Origin: a virus
Lineage: Duplodnaviria; Caudoviricetes
Virus record (IMG/VR): IMGVR_UViG_3300014205_000182
Coordinates: 64,001 to 128,000 of that record
Strand: one strand, 5' to 3'
Length of the DNA: 64,000 bases
Numbering within the stretch: the stretch's first letter is position 1; every line of letters starts with the position of its first letter. Shown piece by piece: positions 47,450-56,720 of this stretch. A program made the position numbers and the translations under genes. Under the pieces are notes generated by a model. It was not told the origin of the DNA. It saw only the letters and a list, made by a program, of their open reading frames with translations, and did not search any database.

Positions 47450-47879
47450 GAAAAGGCTATACAAAAGCGGTTCAAAATTTGCGCTGTGGCGTTGGACCCA
47501 GACAGACACCGGCTACATCACGCGTTTTCACTTACTGAAGACGCCATGGTTTGCCATCTGTCTTCACTGGCTCAATCACCCAGACCCGGAACCATATGAC
47601 CACGACCATCCGGTTACGTTCCTCAGCCTTATCTTGCGAGGTTGGTACCGTGAACAGCGAACGGTAACGCTGACGACGACACACACTGTTAAACATCGTT
47701 GGTACAACTTCATTCGCGCGACACCGACGTTTGCACATACTATTGTGGAGGTTGCCCCTAAGACTCTGACGCTTGCTATCATGGGACCTAAGACCAGAGA
47801 ATGGGGTTACCACCTGCCTGGTGGCTGGATGCATTGGAAAACTTATACTGACCTGAAACGACGAGGCATCCAACCGTGA
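47439..47879 (+). CDS. cupin-like protein
   Basis: HDHP..F.S.IL.G.Y.E...H; GTG start after GGAGG. Confidence 0.7.
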   Translation: MQNKKRLYKSGSKFALWRWTQTDTGYITRFHLLKTPWFAICLHWLNHPDPEPYDHDHPVTFLSLILRGWYREQRTVTLTTTHTVKHRWYNFIRATPTFAHTIVEVAPKTLTLAIMGPKTREWGYHLPGGWMHWKTYTDLKRRGIQP

Positions 47880-48409
47880 CCAAGAACGCCAAGCACAGCA
47901 AAGAAACGAACCGCTGGGGGACCCCTAACGGTTCTGCTCAGGACGGTGAAGACATCGTGGATCGTTGTCGTCGAGTCATGGGTTCGATCGACTTAGACCC
48001 GTGCTCTGAAGCTCGTTTCAATGCTGTCGTAAAGGCGACCACCTACTACTCGTTTTTGGAACGAGGTGAAGATGGTCTACTTCTGCCTTGGTACGGCAAT
48101 GTCATGTGTAACCACCCGGGTGGACTGACGAAACAGTTCTGGCGCAAGGCAATCAACTCCGACGCTAAACAGATTATGTGGATCGGGTTCTCGAATGAAC
48201 AGCTTGGAATACTAGCCGACGAAGCGGCACATCCGTCGGATTTCTCCATATGTTATCACCGGAAGCGAATTCCTTTTACACGCCATGACGGTTATGAGGG
48301 TGCCCCGGCTCATGCAAACTACATCTGTGGTATTAACGTCGATCACGACGCTTTCATTCGAGAATTCGGAGATCTGGGGAAGATTCAGAAGGGACCACTG
48401 TGCCGGTGA
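47876..48409 (+). CDS. phage DNA N6-adenine methyltransferase-like protein
   Basis: WGTP, IDLDPCS, DGL...W.G.V.CNHPG. Confidence 0.7.
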   Translation: MTKNAKHSKETNRWGTPNGSAQDGEDIVDRCRRVMGSIDLDPCSEARFNAVVKATTYYSFLERGEDGLLLPWYGNVMCNHPGGLTKQFWRKAINSDAKQIMWIGFSNEQLGILADEAAHPSDFSICYHRKRIPFTRHDGYEGAPAHANYICGINVDHDAFIREFGDLGKIQKGPLCR

Positions 48410-48666
48410 CCAAGAAATACGATCCTAACGACATCGCCATCACATTCAACGGGATCCTGATCACAGGTCACGCTGACGGAACGTTTATTGAGGTTGAAGC
48501 AGAAGACGGGTTTGTAAAGCACGTCGGGTCGTCAGGTGACGTGTGTATAGTCAATAAAAACAAAGACAAGGATAAGTGGAATGGTGCCTGCGAGACATGT
48601 GGCAAGGGGACCTACACCGGAATGAATAATGTAGAGCACGAAGGAGGCAAGTGTGACCGCTCGTGA
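48400..48666 (+). CDS. truncated DUF3277/tail-tube-like N-terminus fused to a Zn knuckle
   Basis: YDP.DIAITFNGI.ITGHADGTFI...VG..GDV then CETC...H....C. Confidence 0.55.
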   Translation: MPVTKKYDPNDIAITFNGILITGHADGTFIEVEAEDGFVKHVGSSGDVCIVNKNKDKDKWNGACETCGKGTYTGMNNVEHEGGKCDRS

Positions 48667-48874
48667 TTTTGTATATTGGCTTCAAGGGTTTGCAGAGATT
48701 TCTGGTAAGCAGCCGACTGCTGCTCAGTGGGCGACGATTCGAAACCACATCAATCTCGTATTCAAGCACGAGATCGACCCATCAATGCCTGATCCGGACG
48801 GTAAGCTTCAGGAGGCACATGACGGTGACGTCCCTCTAGGAACCCCTCCGTGGGGTCCGATGTTGAGGTGTTAA
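48653..48874 (+). CDS. hypothetical protein
   Basis: FVYWLQGFAEI...QW..I..H...VF. Confidence 0.7.
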   Translation: MTARDFVYWLQGFAEISGKQPTAAQWATIRNHINLVFKHEIDPSMPDPDGKLQEAHDGDVPLGTPPWGPMLRC

Positions 48875-49002
48875 TGAAGAGAGTGGAATGGACCTGGTGG
48901 ACCCTACTGCTCCAAGTGATTTTCATTTGGGCTCTGGTGTTGCTGTACGTTTTTGTTATTAGCTAGTGCGCGCCCAAGCCCGGTGTGTTAGAAAGGTACC
49001 AG

Positions 49003-50178
49003 ATGAGCGAAGAAGACAATGACGCTGGTCGCCCACTACCCAAGCGTAAAGAGAGCAAAGTCAGGAAGCTGATTGCTTACTTGAAGTTGGCCTCCGACGT
49101 CGGTGGAATCGTGATGGACCTTCGCGACAAGCCGTCCCGCATGGACTGGTTCTCGCTGGGTATGCGTGCCGCTAACACCGGGATCGGCTGGTATTCGGAT
49201 CGCAAGAAAACCAGACTACACGGAACCACGTGGGAGTACTTCAACGAAGACGACCGTTGGGCACTGTTTCCCAATGAGTACAGCAAGATCGTCCTCGCTA
49301 ACGCTGTGGATCTCCAGGTCGCCGACGAATTCATTGATGCCGACGTCAAGGCTCCGTATGCTTGCATCGGACGTCTAGGATCCGAGACCGTTGGATGGTC
49401 CGTCGAAGCCGGTCAGATGTCTGACGGCCCGTATTATCTCGATAAGCGCGAGAACGAGACCTACGCCGAACTCGGTCGAATGCTCTGGCGAACCCTTGGC
49501 GGTAAGCAGCTGCTCTACTCGACCAACGGTCTGGTGCTCGATGCATACCACGATACTGGTGTTATCCCGACGGCGCAGATGACGTCGATTCTGGATCGCA
49601 TGACTAAGTTCTTGGCTGCCAAGGAGCCTCGTGGCTACCTGTTTAGCGGGGTGCCTGGTACTGGTAAGTCGATTACTATTCGCTGGCTCGCCGGTGTCCT
49701 GGGACTGTCGTCCGTACGCGTCGACCTGAGGCTGCTCAGCAGCGAATCCGAACGCCGTGGCTCTTCGGTCGCCATGGGTCTGGAAACGATGCTGCGAGCC
49801 CTCAAGCCGGATGTGATGATTCTGGACGACCTCGACCGCATCGAAGTCGACGCCCAAGTCCTGGCATTCCTGGAAATGGCGCGGCAGTCCTGCCGAATTG
49901 TGATGGCTTCGGCCAACTCCGTCTCAGCACTCTCGGGCGCTGCGATTCGTCCGGGTAGATTTGACGACATCATCGAGTTTGAGCAGCTGGACCGCAACGT
50001 CGTGGTTAGCATTCTCGGACCTGAGTTTGCCGATCTTGCCGACGAGGTACTCGAATTGCCGGCAGCGTATGTGGCTGAATTTGCACGTCGTTGCCGCGTA
50101 CTTGGTAGGGAGCAGGCTATTCTGGACCTGGTTGAGTTGCGTGAGCGAGCCGAGGAAACCTCCGAGGACGCTGACTGA
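49003..50178 (+). CDS. AAA+ ATPase
   Basis: GVPGTGKS, ILDDLD, RPGRFD. Confidence 0.9.
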   Translation: MSEEDNDAGRPLPKRKESKVRKLIAYLKLASDVGGIVMDLRDKPSRMDWFSLGMRAANTGIGWYSDRKKTRLHGTTWEYFNEDDRWALFPNEYSKIVLANAVDLQVADEFIDADVKAPYACIGRLGSETVGWSVEAGQMSDGPYYLDKRENETYAELGRMLWRTLGGKQLLYSTNGLVLDAYHDTGVIPTAQMTSILDRMTKFLAAKEPRGYLFSGVPGTGKSITIRWLAGVLGLSSVRVDLRLLSSESERRGSSVAMGLETMLRALKPDVMILDDLDRIEVDAQVLAFLEMARQSCRIVMASANSVSALSGAAIRPGRFDDIIEFEQLDRNVVVSILGPEFADLADEVLELPAAYVAEFARRCRVLGREQAILDLVELRERAEETSEDAD

Positions 50179-50230
50179 TTTAAACATTAGAAAACGGGAG
50201 TTTTCACTGGTCGGTCGTAGTTAACAGAGC

Positions 50231-50458
50231 ATGTCAGACCGCCCAGAAGCTATCCTGAAGTTCTTTTCGTACGACCATCTACCGGAAAAGTTGCAAGCGT
50301 CTAGCAAGATTTTTGCAGACGCGGCTGCCGAGATGCTCGTACGATGTCCAACCGCTAGCGCAGAGCGCACGTTCGCGCTGCGTCAGCTGCTACTTACCAA
50401 GGACGCATATGTCCGAGCGTGCATCGAGCACGCTATCGCAACCGGAGAAGCAAAGTGA
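50231..50458 (+). CDS. small helical-hairpin phage protein
   Basis: FF.Y.HLP..LQ..SK.F...ERT.ALR.LL..KD..VRA. Confidence 0.7.
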   Translation: MSDRPEAILKFFSYDHLPEKLQASSKIFADAAAEMLVRCPTASAERTFALRQLLLTKDAYVRACIEHAIATGEAK

Positions 50459-50678
50459 GTAAATCCAAGCTTCCTGTTCCGGTGACTAAGGTCGCGCTGC
50501 TGCCGAGCTTTGGCTACGGCCCTGGCGTGCCTCGAATCACCAAGCACACCTATTCGCGGACGATGGAATGTATTCTGCCCAGCCCGGATGGGGATGCGTA
50601 TGAGTTCCTGTTCGTTTGTTCCGAGACTGGCGTAGAACGCCGTTGGGGTACGTGGGAGCCTGACGAGGAGATTACGTC

Positions 50679-51083
50679 GTGAAGCCAGGAGATTACTCAC
50701 TCGACCTGTTCGTAAGCTACACGTCGGGCCATCTGAAAGGCTGGCTGGACTCTGGTGGTGATCCAATTAGGTGGATGGAATACAAGAAGATGAGCCTTGA
50801 GGAAGTCAACGCTATGTCAGCCCGACTGGTGGAGATGACCAAGCGAGTCGACACGTTCAACGGCGGCGGGCTTGACGTGGCCAGCGCTTGGGTTGTGGTC
50901 TGGGATCACAAGGCACGAGCACTCGGTACGATGCTTCTATCGGATGCTCTGGGAGCAAACGCCGAAGCAGTAGCAGATGACGAGCCGTCGCAGTCGACCA
51001 TCCTTTCAGTCTGGGAGAGCCAAGATAAGGCTAACTCGGCAATTGAATCCCTGGAGCCCATGTTCTTGAGGAAGATGACATGA
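50679..51083 (+). CDS. hypothetical protein
   Basis: coupled ORF. Confidence 0.6.
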   Translation: MKPGDYSLDLFVSYTSGHLKGWLDSGGDPIRWMEYKKMSLEEVNAMSARLVEMTKRVDTFNGGGLDVASAWVVVWDHKARALGTMLLSDALGANAEAVADDEPSQSTILSVWESQDKANSAIESLEPMFLRKMT

Positions 51084-51497
51084 GAGAGCCTATGAGAGAG
51101 CGCCTGTGGAAGAACTACATGGCGCTCAAGAAGTTTGTCTGGAACGGCTATCATGCGCCAGAGCAATGTCCGGATGTACGTAGCGACTCTGTCATTGCTT
51201 TGATGCAGATCGTTGAGGGCCTAGAAGCTCGCATCGATGAGCAAGATCGAATCATCGCGGAGCTTATGAAGTGAGCCGCTGCTACGGTTGTTGCCAGGAG
51301 AATTGCGGCTATACAGGCTGCACGTGTGGTTGTCACAGCACATCGTATCAGAAGCTGTACAACCCAACGAACATCATGGCACCTAAGACACACTATCTGG
51401 ATAAGTGCCCCTGCAAGAAGCATAAGAGATATCAGGCAAAACGAAAGCCTACTTCAGGTTGTGAAGAGTGTTGGCGATTCTATGTGAAGGTGAATCC

Positions 51498-51887
51498 ATG
51501 AAGTTCCTACGCAAAGCAAAAGACGGCGGACCTAAGTCCACAGTGACTGGTTACTGGCTCGCTGAAATCAAAAGCCTGTTCAGCATCGTGCTACTCAAAT
51601 TCGAAGACGGGTCTCGTGACGAGTATCATAGCCATGCCTTCAATTCTGTCAATTGGATTTTGAAGGGTAGGGTGACTGAACAAGTCATCAGCCCTACCAT
51701 GGAGACCAAGCACCTCTCGGCTAGTGCTCGCCCCGTGCTTACGCCACGCGAGCGCACGCACCGAGTCGTCAGCGAAGGTACGACGTGGGTACTGTCGTTC
51801 CGTGGGCCGTGGGCTAAGACGTGGCAGGAGTACAACCCTCGCACGTGGAAGTGGACAACGCTAGGTCACGGTCGGGTGGAGCAATGA
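51498..51887 (+). CDS. cupin-like protein
   Basis: HSH....W.LKG...E...H. Confidence 0.65.
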   Translation: MKFLRKAKDGGPKSTVTGYWLAEIKSLFSIVLLKFEDGSRDEYHSHAFNSVNWILKGRVTEQVISPTMETKHLSASARPVLTPRERTHRVVSEGTTWVLSFRGPWAKTWQEYNPRTWKWTTLGHGRVEQ

Positions 51888-52318
51888 GCCACCCGGCAGG
51901 TTTCTGGCAGAACTGGTTCATTGGGCTGGCCAAGCACGTCGCTACGGCTTCCAAGGATCCGAGCACCAAAGTTGGTGCCGTGATTGCCGATGACCAGCGA
52001 CGCATCTGTGGGGTTGGTTACAACGGGTTCCCACGTAAAGTGAACGACCATCCAGATCGTCTAGATGATCGTCCAACCAAGTACAAGTTCACGGTACACG
52101 CCGAAGTCAACGCGATCCTAAATTCTAAAGGTTCGACCGACGGTGCTGTTATGTACTGCACGTTACATCCGTGTTCCGCCTGCGCTCTACTCATTGTTCA
52201 GGCAGGTATCACTAAAGTCGTGTCGCCACCGCAGACGATTGATCGTTGGGTGGAGGACGCAAAGATTGCAGCAGAGATTCTAGAGGAGGGCGGCGTAAAG
52301 CTGCTTCTGGTGAAGTAA
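51884..52318 (+). CDS. dCMP deaminase
   Basis: GYNG, HAEVNAI, PCSAC. Confidence 0.92.
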   Translation: MSHPAGFWQNWFIGLAKHVATASKDPSTKVGAVIADDQRRICGVGYNGFPRKVNDHPDRLDDRPTKYKFTVHAEVNAILNSKGSTDGAVMYCTLHPCSACALLIVQAGITKVVSPPQTIDRWVEDAKIAAEILEEGGVKLLLVK

Positions 52319-52477
52319 TGAACTACAAAACTATGAAGGAACTACTCAAAGTCCTGGACACCCCGGACCACCCATACCTGCCAATTATGATCGACGCGGT
52401 TCGTGGTTTCGGTGTCGACGCCACCGACGAGGCGATTCTGGATGAGTACAAGATTTTACTCAAGGAGAAGATGAAGC

Positions 52478-53170
52478 GTGATTGAGTTACCCATCGAAAA
52501 GAAGGTCTTAGACCTCGGATACGTCGCGCTCACATCGGTAATGGGCGACGACCGCACGCCGGCTCGTACGGCCCGCACCTCCTTCAGAAACGCTGACAAG
52601 GAACGCAGCGAGGAGCAGGACGCCAAGCTGACGAAGTACCTGATCAACCACGCACATAACACACCGATCGAGTTCTGTCAGGTCCGATTCTACATGAAGC
52701 TGCCAATCTTTGTGGCTCGCCAGCTGGTGCGACACCGTACCGTCAGCATCAACGAAGTTTCGTACCGCTACGTTACGGCAGCCAGAGAGTTCTACATTCC
52801 CGAGCTAGACCGTATGCAGAAGAAGGCCGAGTCGAACAAACAAGGCTCGTCGTCGGAACTAGTGAAGAACCCAGGACAGTGTGAGGCGTTGATGCGCCAC
52901 GCCTGCGACGCATCGTTTAACGCGTATGACGCGTTGCTAAACGAAGGGCTCGCACCTGAGCTAGCTCGTGCCGTGTTGCCGGCGAACACCTACACAGAGT
53001 GGTACTGGCAGCAGAACCTTCACAATTTCCTCCATATGGCCGGGCTAAGGACCGATCCACACGCTCAATTCGAAACACAGCAGTACGCCTTTGCCATGCT
53101 AGACATGGTCGAACAAGTGTTCCCGTCGATTGTTGGAGCCTGGAAAGAGAAACGCAATGGCAACAGCTAA
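52478..53170 (+). CDS. thyX: flavin-dependent thymidylate synthase
   Basis: RQLVRHR..SINEVSYRY, ELAR.VLP, HAQFE. Confidence 0.95.
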   Translation: MIELPIEKKVLDLGYVALTSVMGDDRTPARTARTSFRNADKERSEEQDAKLTKYLINHAHNTPIEFCQVRFYMKLPIFVARQLVRHRTVSINEVSYRYVTAAREFYIPELDRMQKKAESNKQGSSSELVKNPGQCEALMRHACDASFNAYDALLNEGLAPELARAVLPANTYTEWYWQQNLHNFLHMAGLRTDPHAQFETQQYAFAMLDMVEQVFPSIVGAWKEKRNGNS

Positions 53171-53384
53171 AGAATCAACCAGTCGTCTATTCATGCTCGT
53201 GCGTGCGGAAGACGTTTCCGGGACCTCGGGTCTGGGAGTCGTAGCCGAGGGTGTCGAGTTTTCTGAAGGCACCTGTGTTTTGCACTGGCTAAGCCAGATG
53301 CACTCGATTGAAATCTGCGCAAATCTACATGTTGTAGAGCAGATTCATGGGCACGAGGGTCGCACGAAGGTAGTTTTCAAATGA
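53157..53384 (+). CDS. hypothetical protein
   Basis: EDVSG.SG.G.VAEGVEF...HGH.G.T. Confidence 0.7.
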   Translation: MATAKESTSRLFMLVRAEDVSGTSGLGVVAEGVEFSEGTCVLHWLSQMHSIEICANLHVVEQIHGHEGRTKVVFK

Positions 53385-53995
53385 AGATAATCGGAATTTT
53401 GGGTCCCGCAGGATCCGGTAAGAGCACTGCCGCAACTTACCTGGTCGATAAGTACGGCGCTAAGCGCTATTCTTTTGCACACCCCTTGAAGAAGATCGTG
53501 CGTCAAGCATTTGATCTTACTAAGGACCAGGTCTGGGGCAGTCAGGCTTGCAAGGAAAAGATCGATCCACGATACAACGTTTCGCCGCGATGGCTCCTCC
53601 AGCGTATCGGAACCGAAGGAATTCGTAACACACTAGGCCCGGATTTCTGGTGGGAACTTTGCATGCAGCAAATTCTGGACGACAACCCGCCGCTCGCCGT
53701 CATCGACGATTTCCGATTCGAGAACGAAGTTAACGGGTTCCTGTCTCTCAACATCAACCACGATCCTAAGTACCCGCTGGTTCACATCTGGCGAATCGAG
53801 TCGGACCGGCTGCCTAACTCCACAGCCGACGCATCACATCAGAGCGAGGCAGAGTGGTCTAAGTGTGCATTCACTGAGAAGATCGAGTCAGAGTCAGGTG
53901 GGGACGACTTTACGTCGCTGCTAAACTTCTACGAGGCCATCGACGATACTGCCGGGCAGTCTGGGCTGACAGCCACTGTACGTGTGTTACAATGA
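53381..53995 (+). CDS. deoxynucleoside monophosphate kinase
   Basis: GPAGSGKS, SFA.PLK, LQ.IGTE, DFRF.NE, H.SE. Confidence 0.9.
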   Translation: MKIIGILGPAGSGKSTAATYLVDKYGAKRYSFAHPLKKIVRQAFDLTKDQVWGSQACKEKIDPRYNVSPRWLLQRIGTEGIRNTLGPDFWWELCMQQILDDNPPLAVIDDFRFENEVNGFLSLNINHDPKYPLVHIWRIESDRLPNSTADASHQSEAEWSKCAFTEKIESESGGDDFTSLLNFYEAIDDTAGQSGLTATVRVLQ

Positions 53996-54786
53996 GCGCC
54001 ATGAAGCTAGGTGATAAGGGTGAAGCGGTACGTAGTTTACAGCTACGTCTAAACGAGAAGTACTTTGTTGTCGCTGACGGCGTCTTCGGACCTCTGACTG
54101 AGGAAGCCGTTAAAGCCTTCCAGAAAGATCAGGGTTTGACGGTCGACGGAATTGCCGGCCCTCAGACGCAGGAGAAGTTGAAGAACTGGAAGCCTGCACC
54201 TGTGCGCAAGCTACCGACATTGCGTAGCATTGCCGATCGTGTCGCTAAGGCCTGGTACTTTACGACTCAGAAGGCTAAGTACATCCTCGGCGAGGGTGGG
54301 CGTGCTCCAGTTAACCCAGACCCGTTTACGCCGAACGCGAAGGGCCAGCGAGGTTCAGACTGTATCGGCTTCGTTCTCTGGTGCCTCGGAATCGACCGCT
54401 ACCAGCCGAAGTTGTTTACACATTACGACGGCTGGATGAACACGGACTCGATTATCCAGGACGCCAAGACAGGAATCGGTGGTGGGCTCTGGAAGATCCT
54501 CAACAAGCCAGAAGTCGGTTCTCTTGTAATTTTTCCCTCCTTGTGGAAGAACGGTAAGATGGTTAGAATGGGACACGTCGGGCTTGTCGTGGAGGTGCCC
54601 GGAGAGTGGCCAGAGAACTTAACTAAGTGGGATCCGAAGGCTCGCAGAGAGTTGCTAAAGCTCGTCAAGGTGATAGATTGTAATGCTTCCTGGAAACGAA
54701 AGTTGTCTGGAAAAGCAATCGGGCAACTCACCGCTGCGGACCTCTGGGACAAGCCAGATGCTGTGTGGGTCGGTTGGGCCGGTTAA
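53992..54786 (+). CDS. endolysin-like: peptidoglycan-binding domain + NlpC/P60/CHAP-like peptidase
   Basis: DGVFGP.T..AV..FQ...DGIAGP.T; SDCIGF; GHVGLV. Confidence 0.85.
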   Translation: MSAMKLGDKGEAVRSLQLRLNEKYFVVADGVFGPLTEEAVKAFQKDQGLTVDGIAGPQTQEKLKNWKPAPVRKLPTLRSIADRVAKAWYFTTQKAKYILGEGGRAPVNPDPFTPNAKGQRGSDCIGFVLWCLGIDRYQPKLFTHYDGWMNTDSIIQDAKTGIGGGLWKILNKPEVGSLVIFPSLWKNGKMVRMGHVGLVVEVPGEWPENLTKWDPKARRELLKLVKVIDCNASWKRKLSGKAIGQLTAADLWDKPDAVWVGWAG

Positions 54787-54822
54787 CCTTTAATTGTGGA
54801 GTGATTGTGAACAGAGGTATTG

Positions 54823-55533
54823 ATGTACGATTTCGAGAAGTTGTGTCTCCCATGTTACCCGGAGTTGATTGCCTACGCCACGAAGCGTACTAAGAGCAAA
54901 GTCAAAGCCGAAGATATTGTTCAGGAATCCGTGGCTCGCGCATTAGCTGCCTGGGATCGCTGGGTCCCGCAAGGCGATCCAGAAAAGTACGCCAGAGCCT
55001 GGATGTATCGCATGGTTAGCAACGTGTTTTCTACGGCGTACAGTCGTGAGAAGACGTTCACCCGGATTACCGGTGCCCTAGCTAGTGGTAGAGGCGGTGA
55101 GAGTCTGGTCGACGTGCCGGTAAAGCGTCTACCTGAAGCTGACATGGTCGTGGCGGAATTACACCAGTCCGACGTGGCTGAGCATCCGTACTTCAAGCCA
55201 GATGACCTAGGCGACGAAGTGCGTGAGGCTCTGGATCGAATCAAGCCAGAGTGGGCTGATGTAGTCAAGCTCGTGTACATCGAAGGTACGCCGGCTCACG
55301 AGGTTGCCCAGATTCTGAATATCGCCCCAGGCACCGTACGCTCGCGTATGGCACGTGGTCGTCTAGCTCTGGCCAGAATCCTCGGACCGTTCGCAAGGCA
55401 GCGCTTCGGGTACGTGGTGAAGCCTGAGGGCGAAGTGGATCACGTCGCTGAGGAGACTCTAGGTGGCGCCGATGAAGCTCTTGGTGGCTTCGAGTCTGCC
55501 GAGTTTCCAGAGACCCAAGCCTACAGCGTCTAG
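54823..55533 (+). CDS. ECF-type RNA polymerase sigma factor
   Basis: AEDIVQE, AW.YR...N, EVA.IL....GTVRSR..RGR. Confidence 0.9.
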   Translation: MYDFEKLCLPCYPELIAYATKRTKSKVKAEDIVQESVARALAAWDRWVPQGDPEKYARAWMYRMVSNVFSTAYSREKTFTRITGALASGRGGESLVDVPVKRLPEADMVVAELHQSDVAEHPYFKPDDLGDEVREALDRIKPEWADVVKLVYIEGTPAHEVAQILNIAPGTVRSRMARGRLALARILGPFARQRFGYVVKPEGEVDHVAEETLGGADEALGGFESAEFPETQAYSV

Positions 55534-55977
55534 AGCATCGTGAGAAAGTACAACACAAGCTCGCTCAGCTTCTGTTAGTTTGTTCCAGATTCGACGAGCA
55601 CGAGGTGATTCTAACGGGTCACCTTTCGTCGTTTTTGGCACGTTACCGATCCACTCCGGAGCAGTCGGTGCAACAACTGGAACGCCAAGCATTCCTGCTA
55701 GAGCCATACCTACGCCCGCGAGTGGGAACAGATCGGCCGGGTCACCCTTCTGGATGCGGTAACACCTCGGCCACTCGATTACGAGTTCGTCGACCGGACA
55801 GTACGGGCTGACGTGTACGTTAACGAGCCTGGCGACGTTCAGGCAACGCATTCCCATTTCGAGCTTGTGGCTCGTGCCTGGGATTTTTACGCGGCTAGCG
55901 TGAGCTAATACGCCGTTCTTGAAGATGGCGACGGCAGGGTAGCGTAGGCCGGGATCTAGGGTTAGTAGGGTACTCAT
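55459..55977 (-). CDS. RuvC-like Holliday junction resolvase
   Basis: LDPG, VIE.P, HD..DAVGLG. Confidence 0.75.
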   Translation of the reverse strand: MSTLLTLDPGLRYPAVAIFKNGVLAHASRVKIPGTSHKLEMGMRCLNVARLVNVHVSPYCPVDELVIEWPRCYRIQKGDPADLFPLAGVGMALAGMLGVPVVAPTAPEWIGNVPKTTKGDPLESPRARRIWNKLTEAERACVVLSHDALDAVGLGLWKLGRLEATKSFIGAT

Positions 55978-56179
55978 AGAATCCCCAGGATCTTGAAGCA
56001 ATCAAAAGTGTTGTCGTTCTTGTAGATTGCGTAATACCAGTCCCAGTCTCGCTTGATACCGAGCTTCTCATCCTCGGCGCGATGACGCAGTCCTCGGGCG
56101 CCGATGCATCGGCAGTTCCCACGGAAATGCGCACCGGATGCGCATGGCGTCATATCCTGGCCGACGTGTGTAGGTCCAC

Positions 56180-56521
56180 TCATTTTCCCTCCGGGTAAGC
56201 CACGATAACGTCTATACGCTTGCCGTCGTAAGTTCGATAGACTTCGACATGTTTACCGTCAGGGGAGCCCTTGGATTTCCAGTGTTCACGCATCTGCTCT
56301 GCTTCGTGTGTGCGCTTCCAGCCAGCGAAATCCAGTACCATGTGAAGCTGTGCAATGCTTGCCGCTCCGGTCTTCATCGGCACAAGCACGAGATCCAAAT
56401 CGTGCTCGGATCGCCCCTTGTTCAGAACACCGCCGGCCAGTGCGACAAACCACCCGTTCACCATGAGTTGTGGCTGGATGCTTTGGATTAGTTTGAGTGC
56501 TTCGTAAAGTGACCACATCAC
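56180..56521 (-). CDS. minimal nucleotidyltransferase-like protein
   Basis: LAGGVL..G.S..DLDL...IDV. Confidence 0.65.
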   Translation of the reverse strand: MMWSLYEALKLIQSIQPQLMVNGWFVALAGGVLNKGRSEHDLDLVLVPMKTGAASIAQLHMVLDFAGWKRTHEAEQMREHWKSKGSPDGKHVEVYRTYDGKRIDVIVAYPEGK

Positions 56522-56720
56522 TTGCTCTCCTCTTCCTCTTCATCCTCGTCCTCTTCAACGATTTCGTCCTCAGCATCGTCGTCCCCATAAGTGCCGTGCT
56601 TCTCGTCGATCTTGCGACCTAAGACGTTACCGCATGCATTTCCGAGGTGACGCCCGACGTTCGTGAGTACTGGCCTTGCCACTTCTTTGACAGCGAACAG
56701 AAGCACTTTACCAACTAGAC

